Part shown: piece by piece, positions 39,008-49,863 of the stretch | How the letters are laid out: the number at the start of each line of letters is the position of its first letter | How positions within the stretch are numbered: the stretch's first letter is position 1 | Notes under the pieces: generated by a model | The model's database searches: none | Seen by the model: only the letters and a program-made list of their open reading frames with translations | What the model was told of the DNA's origin: nothing | Position numbers and translations under genes: made by a program | NCBI GenBank assembly: GCA_965644295.1 | Contig: CBFFRP010000241.1 | Location: 140,972-204,971, forward strand | Source of the DNA: Paraphysomonas bandaiensis | Taxonomy: Eukaryota; Protista; Chrysophyceae | Reading direction: 5' to 3' | DNA: 64,000 nucleotides

Positions 39008-42000
39008 TGTTGAGATCTGAAGATTCTATATACTTGCAATTGAGTGCAGTATTATGTGAGATGCAAGGATCGAAAGATATATATGTAATTAGTACATTAT
39101 ATTATGTAGTATGAAACTGAAGTAGAAGTGGATGACTATACAGGATACGATCACTGAGTGGGTGGTTTGTACACTATAGTAGTAAATGAATGGTGTTGAA
39201 CACATCGAACACAACTTAGGTTCTTTATCATGTAATGTTTATAATTTCATCTTATCAGTTGAGAATAGTAAACCTTAGCAAATAATGTCAACTTCTGTTA
39301 TGGTAGCGAGTGATAGTTGTAGGGATGGGGAAGATGACAAGAAGCTACGGTTTGACAAGAACCAAGCAGACTATTCAGCGAGAAAAATCAAGATGCATCT
39401 AATGAAGAAAAACCGAAACCATCTTGGCTTGGAGGACCCGCCAGCCGGAGGAAGGAATTTAGAGTCATGGAGAGAGCGTAATGATACCTGTGTTAGTACT
39501 ATTTGGGAGGCTTGCGAGCATGACCCTGATGTGTTGGAGGTAGCCAATCAATATTTGGAGGGGAAGGCAATTTTACCTGCTGATGATCCTGCTAAGGAGG
39601 TGTTATCCAGTGAGCTCCTTCAGACACTGGTTGATAGGTTCAGAGGCGAGATTGGGACTGTATTGGAGAAGACTACGGCAGAATACCATTCGTTCAAAAT
39701 AAGGCCGGGGGAAAAGGTGTCTGTTGGGGTAGATCGACTGAACGGTATAATCCAGAAGCTCATAAAATTGGGACAACCGCAGACAGAGGCAAGTAAATTA
39801 GCAAAGATAAAAGCAGCGCTGCAGATAGAGGAATTACATGATTTATGGATGTCGGTAGCGATGATGCCTAAAGCAACAACTACATTTGATTCGGTGAAAG
39901 AGGCTTGTGAAGAGTATGACGAGGCTATGACGCAGCTGAAGAAACTAAAGGGAGACAAATCTGAAGAGATCAATTTTACGGCGTCGAAGGAGCCAGTGGT
40001 TTGTTCATTTTGTCGGAAGAAGGGACATGTAGCAGCGAATTGTTATGCTAAGGAACGACAAAGAAAAATGGATAAGTTCAAAAGAAAAGGGAAGACAAAG
40101 GAAAAGGCTTCGAAGAGTGTGCAGCAGCCAGGATCAAAGGATTATACTGGTTGTCATATCTGTGGAGATTTCAGTCATAAAGCCCGACAGTGCAAGTCGA
40201 AAAAACGGAAGAACATAAAAAACCCGGATAATGAGAATCCTCGAAAATCGAACAGGAAATTCGAGACAGAATGGAAGAAATACGTCAACGACGGAGAGTC
40301 GTCGGATGATGAAGCGAATATGTTTGGAGAAGAGGTTTTGCTATCGGTGGATACGTCGGAAGAACCTCGTGTATATCTGGACAGTTGTGCAAGTAAAAGA
40401 CTGTTTATAGTAAAGGATAAAATTGCACTGGAGTCATTTACTCCTGAGTTTGGGGCAATCCAACTAACTAGAAAGGGTTCTCAATTGGAGACACAGGGAG
40501 CTGGTACATTCGGGGAATGGAGAGACATCAGAGTTAGTGAAGAAGCGGTGAAGAACATTGTGTCAGGAGGGATGCTGAGATCAATGGGATACGGATTACA
40601 ACTGCTTCGAAAGCCTAAAATCGTGGAATTGGACTCTGGAAACGAGGTGTTGACTGGAGAGTACGATGAGCATGGAGGAATGCCGTATGTGGACTTGATG
40701 GAGGTGTTAAATCTGCCAAATGTGTCTATGTGCAATCAGATGGAGGAGGTAAATTTGTCGGATAATACAGGACAAGATGCGTTGGATCGCTTACATGAGC
40801 GTACTGGACATGTCTCGAAATCGAAGTTAATAGAAGCTCACCGACACATGTTATTCAGAGGATCAGGACTACAACGACATCACCTTTCGAAGGCAAAGGA
40901 GAAGAGTTGCAAGAAACCCCTGTGTAAATGGTGTGCCAAGGCGAAGATAACCAGGCATTCGTTCAAATCACGGGACAACGAAGAGCTAAGCGCAGTCAGG
41001 TTCCTGGAAAGAGTAACAGCGGACATCTCCGTCTATCTCAATTGTGAATCCAGACAAGGGTATAAGTACGTGCTCCTATTTACGGACTTAGCAACAAAGA
41101 TGATATGGGAATATGGATTGAGGACTCGAAGCGGAGAGGAGGTGTTCAAATGTCTACGACACTTGTGCGAGGTCCACTTAGTGAAGTACGAGGGGTGGAA
41201 CCGTATAGTGGAGTATCATGCCGATGGAGGATCCGAACTTATTAGTCAGCAGATAAGAGAGTATCTGTTGCAGCGATATGGGACTCGGGTGTCACATACA
41301 ACACGAGACACGCCAGAGCTCAACGCGGTGTCTGAGAGGAAATTCCGAACAATTGGGGAGATGACACTGACGATGTTGACGGCATCTGGACTTCCAAAGT
41401 CGTTCTGGTTTGATGCTTATCAAACTGCATGTTACATTGTGCGACGAATGCCAACTCGGACGTGGCAAGGATGGATGTCTCCATATGAGTGTGTCCCAGG
41501 GGGGAGCGTTCCCAGCCTATCGTGGCTACGGAAATGGGGGTGCAAAGCATATGTGCTAACACCCAAGGCCGACAGGAGGAAGGACTGGGAGGACAAAGCA
41601 ATGACAGGTTATTTCATAGGGTATCCAGCTGATCGAAAAGGATACAAGGTGCTAGTGGGGGACACCGTAGTACACTCTGTACATGTATTATTTGATGAAT
41701 CGGTACCTGAGAGGTCTCAGGATTATTATAGAGAGCTGGAGGAGGCTCAAGTGGCTATAGATCCCGAGGCTCGTCAACCGGGTGAGTTTGAGTATCTTAT
41801 CGGAAAGCACCATGAGGATGGTGGTCTGCTATACAAGACTAACAGAGTGGTGATAAGGAAGGGACTTATTGTGGGATACCGGTCGTTGGTTACTGGTAAC
41901 CAGGTTCAAGTGGAGGATAAAACTCCTATTCATATTGCTGACATCAAGAAGATGACAGAGGATCTTGCGCAGAGGGTGGTTAGGGCCAGAGTTACTGACA

Positions 42001-44301
42001 ACCGTGACGGCGGTATCAGCGGAGTGGTGCCACAGCAGTCGGAAAGTGGGCAGGTGCAGCCCCAGGCTGACTCAGCATTACCTTCGGGGGAAGGGACCCC
42101 TGCCGAGAATCATCCGCACGGCAAACGCGCAAGAACTCCAAGGACGGTAACGAATGTGTCGGTGTTAGGACAAATCCATCATTTGAGTGATGAGAGTGAT
42201 GTGAGTGACCTTTTACAGGAGGCAGACTCAGTGTGGATGTCAGCGGAAGAGTCGACAGTGCCTCAGACACATCGTGAGTCCTTGGAGAGTGCCGAGCACA
42301 GGGAGTGGAGACGAGCTCGCCGTGTAGAGCGAGAGGGTTTGGCGAAGCGAGATATCATGGAGGTGACTCGTATACCGGACGGAGTCGTCCCACTGCACTC
42401 CAAGTACGTCTATGGAAAGAAGTACGATAAGGAGGGAGAGGTCCGCCGATATAAGGCTCGTCTTGTAGCAATCGGTTGTGGACAGCAGTCGAGTGGTTGG
42501 GCGAACCATTTCGCACCCGTTGTTAAGGGGGTAACAGTGCGACTGTTAATCGCCATAGCTTTCGTGATGAACATGGTAATTCATCAACTGGATGTGTCTA
42601 ACGCATTTCTATATGCAGATATAGAGGGGGATGTATATATGAAGGCAACTCCGGACTTTCAGCTGCCTGAGGGGTACTGCTTTAAGTTGAAGAAGTCGTT
42701 ATACGGGCTTCGGAGTTCCCCGCGGTCGTGGTGGAAAACATTGGATAAATTCATACGATCTATGCATTTTAAACCATGTGTATTAGACCCGTGTTTGTAT
42801 TATCAGTATAAGGGCGATGAATTGATATTATTAACGATATATGTGGATGATATCCTAGTGTTAGGTCGTGATGTCAACATAGTGAAGGATATTAAAGCTC
42901 AACTGTGTGCCCGGTTTGATATGAAGGATATGGGCGAGATGGAACATTTTCTGAATGTTCGAGTCACAAGAACGCCAGAGTATATTCGTCTTGACCAATC
43001 AGTATATGCGGCTAAGATCTTAGAAAAGTTTGAAAAGTATCTTGGGTCACCGCGAAAGGTACGGAAGAGTCCTCTACCGGCGGAAGCAATGGATTTAGTG
43101 GCAAAAGGGGCGCGGCATGAGCATACCGAGGAGGAACAGCTTATAGTAGATAACTTCCCATATCGGCCGCTGATAGGTGCATTACTATATCTATCGATGA
43201 ACACGAGGCCGGATATTGCCTATGCAGTGGGAGTACTGTCTCGGTTCAGTAATAAGGTGAATATTGAAGTATGCAAGCTATTAACACATGTATGGCAATA
43301 TATTCGTGGTTCTATTGACAAAGGGATTCAATATGGGAGTAGACGGTTCGACTTCCATATGTTTACTGACGCGGATTGGGCGGGAGATCAGCTCTCCAGG
43401 AAGTCCACGTCGGGGTACGTTGGGTTTGCAGCGGGAGGGCCTATAGTCTGGCAGTCCAAACTGCAGACGACAGTGGCAACGTCAAGCATGCAGTCTGAGT
43501 ATCAGTGTATTTACTCGGGTCTCCAAGAAGTGCTATGGGTTCGGGGGGTGACGGGTGAGATTAAGTTGAGGCTCATCAAACCCACACCATTCTTCATCGA
43601 CAGTCAGAGTGCCCAGGATTTGGCCGAAAACCCAGTGTTTCACAAGAAGTCGAAGCACATTGAGATTAAGTATCACATGGTGAGAGAGCACGTGGATCCC
43701 AATCAGTTCAATACGATTAAGTTAGTGCATGTGCATACATCGCAACAAGCAGCAGATATTTATACAAAGTCATTGGTTGGTTTATCATATATGGAGCAGA
43801 GAAAGAGAAATCTTGGAGAGAAAGTTAAGAGTTCCACTGAAGTGATTAATGAGGGACCAAGGGATAAACGAAGGCGCAAGTAGGTACTGAGTTTTTTAGA
43901 CAGAGGTTTAGACTTAGAGATGAGTCTATTTTACTGTCAAGAATTTTTTTATCTCAGGCATTCAATAGCTGGGAGGCGTCATAAGTACAACACTCAATTG
44001 AGGGGGAGTGTTGAGATCTGAAGATTCTATATACTTGCAATTGAGTGCAGTATTATGTGAGATGCAAGGATCGAAAGATATATATGTAATTAGTACATTA
44101 TATTATGTAGTATGAAACTGAAGTAGAAGTGGATGACTATACAGGATACGATCACTGAGTGGGTGGTTTGTACACTATAGTAGTAAATGAATGGTGTTGA
44201 ACACATCGAACACAACTTAGGTTCTTTATCATGTAATGTTTATAATTTCGTCTTATCAGTTGAGAATAGTAAACCTTAGCAAATAATGTCAACTTCTGTT
44301 A
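39008..44301 (+). mobile_element. Full-length intact Ty1/Copia LTR retrotransposon (Copia-2)
   Basis: 293-bp LTRs at 39008-39300 and 44009-44301 with one visible mismatch (TTTCAT vs TTTCGT). TSD GGATG (39003-39007, 44302-44306). PBS TGGTAGCGAG at 39301. PPT GAGGGGGAG just before 44009. Confidence 0.97.
39285..43883 (+). CDS. Copia Gag-PR-IN-RT-RNaseH polyprotein, uninterrupted (1532 aa)
   Basis: Two CCHC knuckles, YLDSCAS, HERTGH..CKWC, YHADGG, NAVSER, RKGY, KARLVA, YVDD, TDADWAG, KHIEIKYH, ADIYTK. Confidence 0.97.
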   Translation: MSTSVMVASDSCRDGEDDKKLRFDKNQADYSARKIKMHLMKKNRNHLGLEDPPAGGRNLESWRERNDTCVSTIWEACEHDPDVLEVANQYLEGKAILPADDPAKEVLSSELLQTLVDRFRGEIGTVLEKTTAEYHSFKIRPGEKVSVGVDRLNGIIQKLIKLGQPQTEASKLAKIKAALQIEELHDLWMSVAMMPKATTTFDSVKEACEEYDEAMTQLKKLKGDKSEEINFTASKEPVVCSFCRKKGHVAANCYAKERQRKMDKFKRKGKTKEKASKSVQQPGSKDYTGCHICGDFSHKARQCKSKKRKNIKNPDNENPRKSNRKFETEWKKYVNDGESSDDEANMFGEEVLLSVDTSEEPRVYLDSCASKRLFIVKDKIALESFTPEFGAIQLTRKGSQLETQGAGTFGEWRDIRVSEEAVKNIVSGGMLRSMGYGLQLLRKPKIVELDSGNEVLTGEYDEHGGMPYVDLMEVLNLPNVSMCNQMEEVNLSDNTGQDALDRLHERTGHVSKSKLIEAHRHMLFRGSGLQRHHLSKAKEKSCKKPLCKWCAKAKITRHSFKSRDNEELSAVRFLERVTADISVYLNCESRQGYKYVLLFTDLATKMIWEYGLRTRSGEEVFKCLRHLCEVHLVKYEGWNRIVEYHADGGSELISQQIREYLLQRYGTRVSHTTRDTPELNAVSERKFRTIGEMTLTMLTASGLPKSFWFDAYQTACYIVRRMPTRTWQGWMSPYECVPGGSVPSLSWLRKWGCKAYVLTPKADRRKDWEDKAMTGYFIGYPADRKGYKVLVGDTVVHSVHVLFDESVPERSQDYYRELEEAQVAIDPEARQPGEFEYLIGKHHEDGGLLYKTNRVVIRKGLIVGYRSLVTGNQVQVEDKTPIHIADIKKMTEDLAQRVVRARVTDNRDGGISGVVPQQSESGQVQPQADSALPSGEGTPAENHPHGKRARTPRTVTNVSVLGQIHHLSDESDVSDLLQEADSVWMSAEESTVPQTHRESLESAEHREWRRARRVEREGLAKRDIMEVTRIPDGVVPLHSKYVYGKKYDKEGEVRRYKARLVAIGCGQQSSGWANHFAPVVKGVTVRLLIAIAFVMNMVIHQLDVSNAFLYADIEGDVYMKATPDFQLPEGYCFKLKKSLYGLRSSPRSWWKTLDKFIRSMHFKPCVLDPCLYYQYKGDELILLTIYVDDILVLGRDVNIVKDIKAQLCARFDMKDMGEMEHFLNVRVTRTPEYIRLDQSVYAAKILEKFEKYLGSPRKVRKSPLPAEAMDLVAKGARHEHTEEEQLIVDNFPYRPLIGALLYLSMNTRPDIAYAVGVLSRFSNKVNIEVCKLLTHVWQYIRGSIDKGIQYGSRRFDFHMFTDADWAGDQLSRKSTSGYVGFAAGGPIVWQSKLQTTVATSSMQSEYQCIYSGLQEVLWVRGVTGEIKLRLIKPTPFFIDSQSAQDLAENPVFHKKSKHIEIKYHMVREHVDPNQFNTIKLVHVHTSQQAADIYTKSLVGLSYMEQRKRNLGEKVKSSTEVINEGPRDKRRRK

Positions 44302-44952
44302 GGATGCTTACATGTTTACGGATAATATGCTAGAAACTAGAAATACGCATGAAGAAGGTATCCCGGAGCTAAAGTTTTATCTAATAGACCACAGTGGCCT
44401 ATTCTTTCCAGTATTGTAAGAGAAGGTATGTTTTAACAAGTTTATCGAGTGGGAGGGAGTGAAGAAAATGGCCCCTCATTTACCCACCTTTTAAGCAAAG
44501 CAATGAATGAATTATAGTGTACGGCATGTATGATATATGAATGCTACGACGCAGCATAGTATTATTTCTGCTGAGCATAATTACACGGTTCTATCATATA
44601 TATACCCATGAGTTTCATATCTTTCTCTACAGTATGGTGAGGTTCAGTGTCCGATTGCAAAGTTTTGTGCCATGAGAACACAAGACGTACGACAAATTTT
44701 ATTATTCTACATAAAAGGTGCAATATCACACTAACACGAAAGTGCTAAAAATCGGAGGTTAAACAGCACCACGCTACTTTACAGCTAATATACCTAAGTA
44801 TACATTACATCCAGCAGATCTCTCTCAGCCAGGCGCAGCGTCTAATTCACAACACGTGTAACCACACAAATCGCCCGTCAAGGAGTTAAAACATAGCACT
44901 CTATACCAAGCGCGCTACATACCAGGCCGTATATGCCTAACAATAGGAAGTG

Positions 44953-46701
44953 TCACAGTGAGGTCGCTCTTGTATCGTTACTTTTAATTTGTTTCTCTAA
45001 CTTCGCAAATTTCTCAATCGGAGAGGCCTTGAAGCTTTTAGTCCGTGTAACTAAGTGCCGCTCCGCAGCCGATAGAACATATTGGGGAGACAGTGGAGGT
45101 GCCCGAGCTTCTGATACCATCGAAGACTGGGTCGAAACAGTCAGGTTAGGCTTCGTTGCCGTCTTCGAAGTAAGCTTACTTGTCAGCTGAGTTCCAGTCT
45201 GAGTCTGGGCCTTTAAAGGAGACTTAAGTTGCAATAGGGTTGTTGAGGTCAGGTCGCTTGCGCCACTGTCACGTCGACCCCTAGACTTGTCGATGGGTGG
45301 AGTTGTCAGCCGGTCCCCTGGGCGGGTGGCACGACTTCCATGCGTACGGCTGAAATTGAATATATAACCCCCATTACTATGCTTCGTCCAACGCGATGAA
45401 GATACGCTACTCATGTCTGTACTCTGTCCGGAGCTCCAACGACTGCCCCCGACAATCAAAGGAACAAGCTCCGGTGTATACTCCCCGATTCCTGGGGTAA
45501 TGCTACGATGGGCCGAATTCGGACCAAAGAAGTCTGTTTCCCGACAGCGTGAAGGCGGCCTAAACAAAAGATTTACATATGAGGATCAGAGAAAAATTCA
45601 TAATGAGATATATTGTGTGATCTCAATGCGTCGCAACATACCGCTTCAATCCAACAAGGGTATCCGTGTCAGTCGTTTCTTGAACCTCTAAATCTTCCTG
45701 CACTCTCTTGGAGTAATTGAAAGCAGACATGTCGATTGTGTTCGCTCTACATTTTCAAAAATGTTACACAATTAAACACTCGAAAAAAGTATATGGCTGT
45801 CAGGCATGCAGAGACAAGGTGACAAAAAAGTCATATAGCATCCAGAAATGGCATGTATGTGAATTCCAAAATATTCAAATGTATAGAAACCAATGGCTGA
45901 TATAAAGTCAAGCAGCGTATGAACTGATGCGAACAGTATCCATGACAATCATTCCTACCTTTTATCAGAACCGAAATCCCAATCTGCGTCCGACCGGTAG
46001 AATGTAGGAGCTTCCTGTATCTTCTGGGGAACTTGGTGGGGTTTTCTTCCCGTTGAATTGAATGCAGGCTTCTTGCTTTGTGGATACCTCGAAGCGTGCA
46101 AACTGGCCGCCGAGGTGGTAAGGAGTAGTTCCTCTTTTAGGGCATACAGGCGCTCTGTCAAAAGATCTATCTCTTCCTGCATATCTCTTTCTTCTTTGCT
46201 TATCTTCCCTGTAGAGCTCATAGCCGCCGCCTGTCGCACTTTTTTTTTCAGGACTTTTATTTTCCATTGCGTGACACCGAGAATATTTCGTAGATAGCTC
46301 TCCCGGGAAGATTTTTCAACGTCGTAGGAGCCCGGAGGAGGGACGCTGAGGTCGCTTGGCGCCCATAGTCTGTTACTTTCTGACATCGCCCGTCCAGCAG
46401 ACCCAAAAGAGTGTGTTGGTCCCCCTGGGCGAAAATTCATATCTATAACAGCAATTATAGAAATCCCAGTAAGATAATAACCAGCTATACCTGAGTAGGA
46501 TCCGGGACCGGGAGTTATGGCACCCGTACCGGAATAATAATTCACATTATGAGACTGTTCGCCGGGTTTCTCCACTTGAAAACAACGTGACGATCGAGAC
46601 AGAGTGTTTTCAATGCTTCCTTTCATTGAACTACCCGACATAGACCCCCAGTGGTCATACGTCCGCCACTCCAGTTCAGTTTCAGCGGTATTGGAATACA
46701 T
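44953..46701 (-). CDS. SHIPPO-1/STPG/ODF3-like PGP-repeat protein (probably ciliary), multi-exon
   Basis: Motifs TPGPGSY, VPPPGSYDV and ITPGIGEY. ORFs 45955-46701 and 44953-45567, with a probable small exon near 45641-45700 and GT..AG junctions. Confidence 0.6.
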
Positions 46702-47290
46702 ACTTAAGAGGGTTATTTAATGGAGAGATATACGCAGCATAAATACTTTAAACACACTTTAAAATGAACTGAAGCATACGTTAATGGCTGGAGTTTATGT
46801 ATAGCACTGATGAAGGTCACGATAATGCTGAGAGTGCGTGCAGGTGTAACACACACAGTCGTGATCACCAATGAGCACACATGCGCTCCAGCCCATAGCA
46901 TAGAGATACCATACGCACGTACATATACACACACTCTGCCGTATACTACGACTACACGACAGTATACAGTACACTGCTTTGCTCTCATAACACGTTCATC
47001 AGTTATACGCTGCTGTAGTCCAGGACAAGGCGCCGTATACTGGAAGTGGGGATCGTATTTGGGGCACTTGAGACGTGTGTGTGTCGTACACCCTACAGAG
47101 CAGATCCATCTCCCGTATATCCATATACAGAGTAGCCTACACACACAGTGATTTGGACACTGGGAGGTGAGCTTATCATACCACACCCTGCCTGTTCCCA
47201 GTACCGCATGGTGCTGCTGTAAAAGCGATAGCGAACTGCGAACCTTATGTGCAATCAGTATCCCCTGCTCATAGTCACAGAAGTGCCGTT

Positions 47291-48163
47291 ATGAACGCCT
47301 GGTATCTTGCTCTACTTGGATGGATATCTCAGTTATTCAGTGTTGCTAATCGTCAATTATCATCTTCAGATTCTGGTTCAGATGATGAAAATGTTCGCGA
47401 TCTTTTGCCGTATCTGCTGAACGGAGAACAAGCATTCTTCGATATCGGGTCATCTCTCAATCCAGTCACCGATAAGGTATATAAGCACAACTATAAGGTC
47501 ATGTATGGGAAACTGCTTCTTCCACTTATTGCAAAACTAAAGCTTGAGAAAAAAGTTCCAAAGCTGTTGGAAGTGGGATATGGATGTGGTATGGGGTACG
47601 GGGAAGGAGCTAGCGTTCAATTATGGAAGAAGATCATAGGTGCGGAGAATAACATCTGGGTAGCTGACGTAAATGCTCATTGTATGGAAAAGCGAGCAAA
47701 GTTGCTAAAGACGAAGGAAGTACATGTTTTGATAGGAGATCAGGGGAAATCTGCTGATTTAATTAGATGGAGGCTTGAGTCTGGGGGAAATTTTGATGTA
47801 ATCATTGATGACGGCGGCCACAGGGCTAGCCAAATATTAACCACATTTTCTGAACTTTGGGAAACCATAAATCCCGGTGGTATATATTTCATTGAGGACT
47901 TGCATATTCAGAGATTTCCTACTATGGTGTCTACTGGCTTTCCCCATCCCACTGATGTTTTTCAGTCATGGCTACGCCAATTAAACTTTGGCAAAATGTG
48001 TTCGATAGTTACGCTGAAGAAAGCATTTATCAACTGTTCTGAGACTGCTATTGATGAATATTATAACTCGATTCTCAACAATTTTCCAGTACCGACCAAC
48101 TTGTCGTGGGTGTTTTGTCAGGAGAATTCATGTGCATTCGGTAAGAAAGAACCAAACTCCTGA
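47291..48163 (+). CDS. Class I SAM-dependent methyltransferase-like protein (MycE-type O-methyltransferase resemblance) with an N-terminal signal
   Basis: TDKV..HNY..MYG, KLLEVGYGCGM, GDQ, FDVIIDDGGH, INPGGIYFIEDL. ATG at 47291 preferred over GTG at 47249. Confidence 0.8.
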   Translation: MNAWYLALLGWISQLFSVANRQLSSSDSGSDDENVRDLLPYLLNGEQAFFDIGSSLNPVTDKVYKHNYKVMYGKLLLPLIAKLKLEKKVPKLLEVGYGCGMGYGEGASVQLWKKIIGAENNIWVADVNAHCMEKRAKLLKTKEVHVLIGDQGKSADLIRWRLESGGNFDVIIDDGGHRASQILTTFSELWETINPGGIYFIEDLHIQRFPTMVSTGFPHPTDVFQSWLRQLNFGKMCSIVTLKKAFINCSETAIDEYYNSILNNFPVPTNLSWVFCQENSCAFGKKEPNS

Positions 48164-48552
48164 TGCAACACTGTTAGTTGTTTTTTCCAAGTAGATTAAG
48201 TTATCACATCGATGATAATCGGGATAGTTACGCCTGAATATTTTAGTTACGAGTCATTAAGTACCTAAATCGTGTGAGTAACTGATATACTTAATAATTA
48301 ATTAAAGTTTTTATAACCTGTTTTGCTGCGTACACTTACCTAATAAGTATAGATCCTTGTCATATAGTCAAAAAACGGGGGGAGGTGGGAGGAAGCTCGC
48401 TTTTTACCCCCAAAGGGATCTCTCCATTATAATGTTTTACTTTACTATCTCACTTCAAAGAGAGAATAATATTTATCAAGTCTAATATGTCACAACTAAC
48501 AACTATCATGAATATATGTTGTTCATCACATTCTCATATATTCAGGTCGTCA

Positions 48553-49552
48553 TGTCAAGATATGACACAATTGGATGATTAGTAAGTTAACTGGACGTGT
48601 ATTCACTCATGAATCAAGTTAAGATGAGAGAAGATTATAATAAATATAATAAGCGATATATCACGTTATCTCTACTACCACTCATTTCTAGTACGATCTT
48701 ACATCGTCATGATATCACTTCTCATAATACAGTTAACCACTACTGTATTCTCCAGTAACCGTCATAATTCCAATATCTTAGAATTACAGCTTTTAATTGC
48801 TCAAACAGCAAAAACTCAACACTCCCTCTCAATTCAAAGCTGTACATTGATTTGTCAAACCACGAGACATAACTGACGGATACGCAACCACCAAAACCTC
48901 ATCAGTTGTACATTGAATCTTCACAACAATGCATCACGAGACATCACTGATGGGTAGAATTACAGCTTTTAATTGCTCCAACAGCAGAACTCAACACTCC
49001 CTCTCAATTCAAAGCTGTAGATAGACTCTTCATATCACGAGACATAACTGACGGATACGCAACCACCAAACCCTCATAGGACAAACCGGTGGACGTATGA
49101 CTCCGACGTTTCAGCAAGTCTCACCATAGACAACACATCTATATGATCTTCTGTCTCTTAAAACCTCCACGTCTGATTTCTGTTCCTCGTCGGATCAATC
49201 ACACCACAACATTCAACACGCTAAGTTACGTGCGCTCTGGCTGTCAGGAAGAATGGAGTCATTCTCATATATTCAGGTCGTCATGTCAAGATATGACACA
49301 ATTGGATGATTAGTAAGTTAACTGGACGTGTATTCACTCATGAATCAAGTTAAGATGAGAGAAGATTATAATAAATATAATAAGCGATATATCACGCTAT
49401 CTCTACTACCACTCATTTCTAGTACGATCTTACATCGTCATGATATCACTTCTCATAATACAGCTCATCACTACTGTATTCTCCAGTAACCGTCATAATT
49501 CCAATATCTTAGAATTACAGCTTTTAATTGCTCCAACAGCAAAAACTCAACA
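48553..49552 (-). mobile_element. Non-autonomous, internally deleted Copia-1-family derivative (TRIM-like)
   Basis: 269-bp LTRs at 48553-48821 and 49284-49552 (TGTCAAG..CTCAACA, ~5 mismatches). TSD CGTCA. PPT and 3'UTR similar to 16017-16144. RNase H trace (TPFF.DSQSARNLA) near 49222-49260. Confidence 0.85.
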
Positions 49553-49562
49553 CGTCAGGCGT

Positions 49563-49743
49563 CAGGTCGCACCTTGGTGCTTGCGGCGACGCACAAGCAG
49601 CTTCTGTAGCGTTACATAGTAGGATATGAGAATTTGTGCTAGTTAGTTACAGGTAGAGGTCGATCTAGCTTGACTAGTCTTCATCTAACTACTTATCTGG
49701 TGTTGGTTTTTGACGCCTACTGCTAATAATAAGACTTTCAATA
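49563..49743 (+). repeat. 5'-truncated copy of the SINE-like family
   Basis: GGTCGCACCTTGGTGCTTGCGGCGACGCACAAGCAGC is the exact reverse complement of 32625-32661, and similarity continues to AAGACTTTCAATA. Confidence 0.85.
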
Positions 49744-49863
49744 CATATATTCACCAATCAGTCATATGTATGTGTATACCAATGTTGTTAAAATGTATAA
49801 CATTACTGTTACGATAAATTAGTATGTCACAATCTTTATCCTTCGACACATATGATAAGAAAC

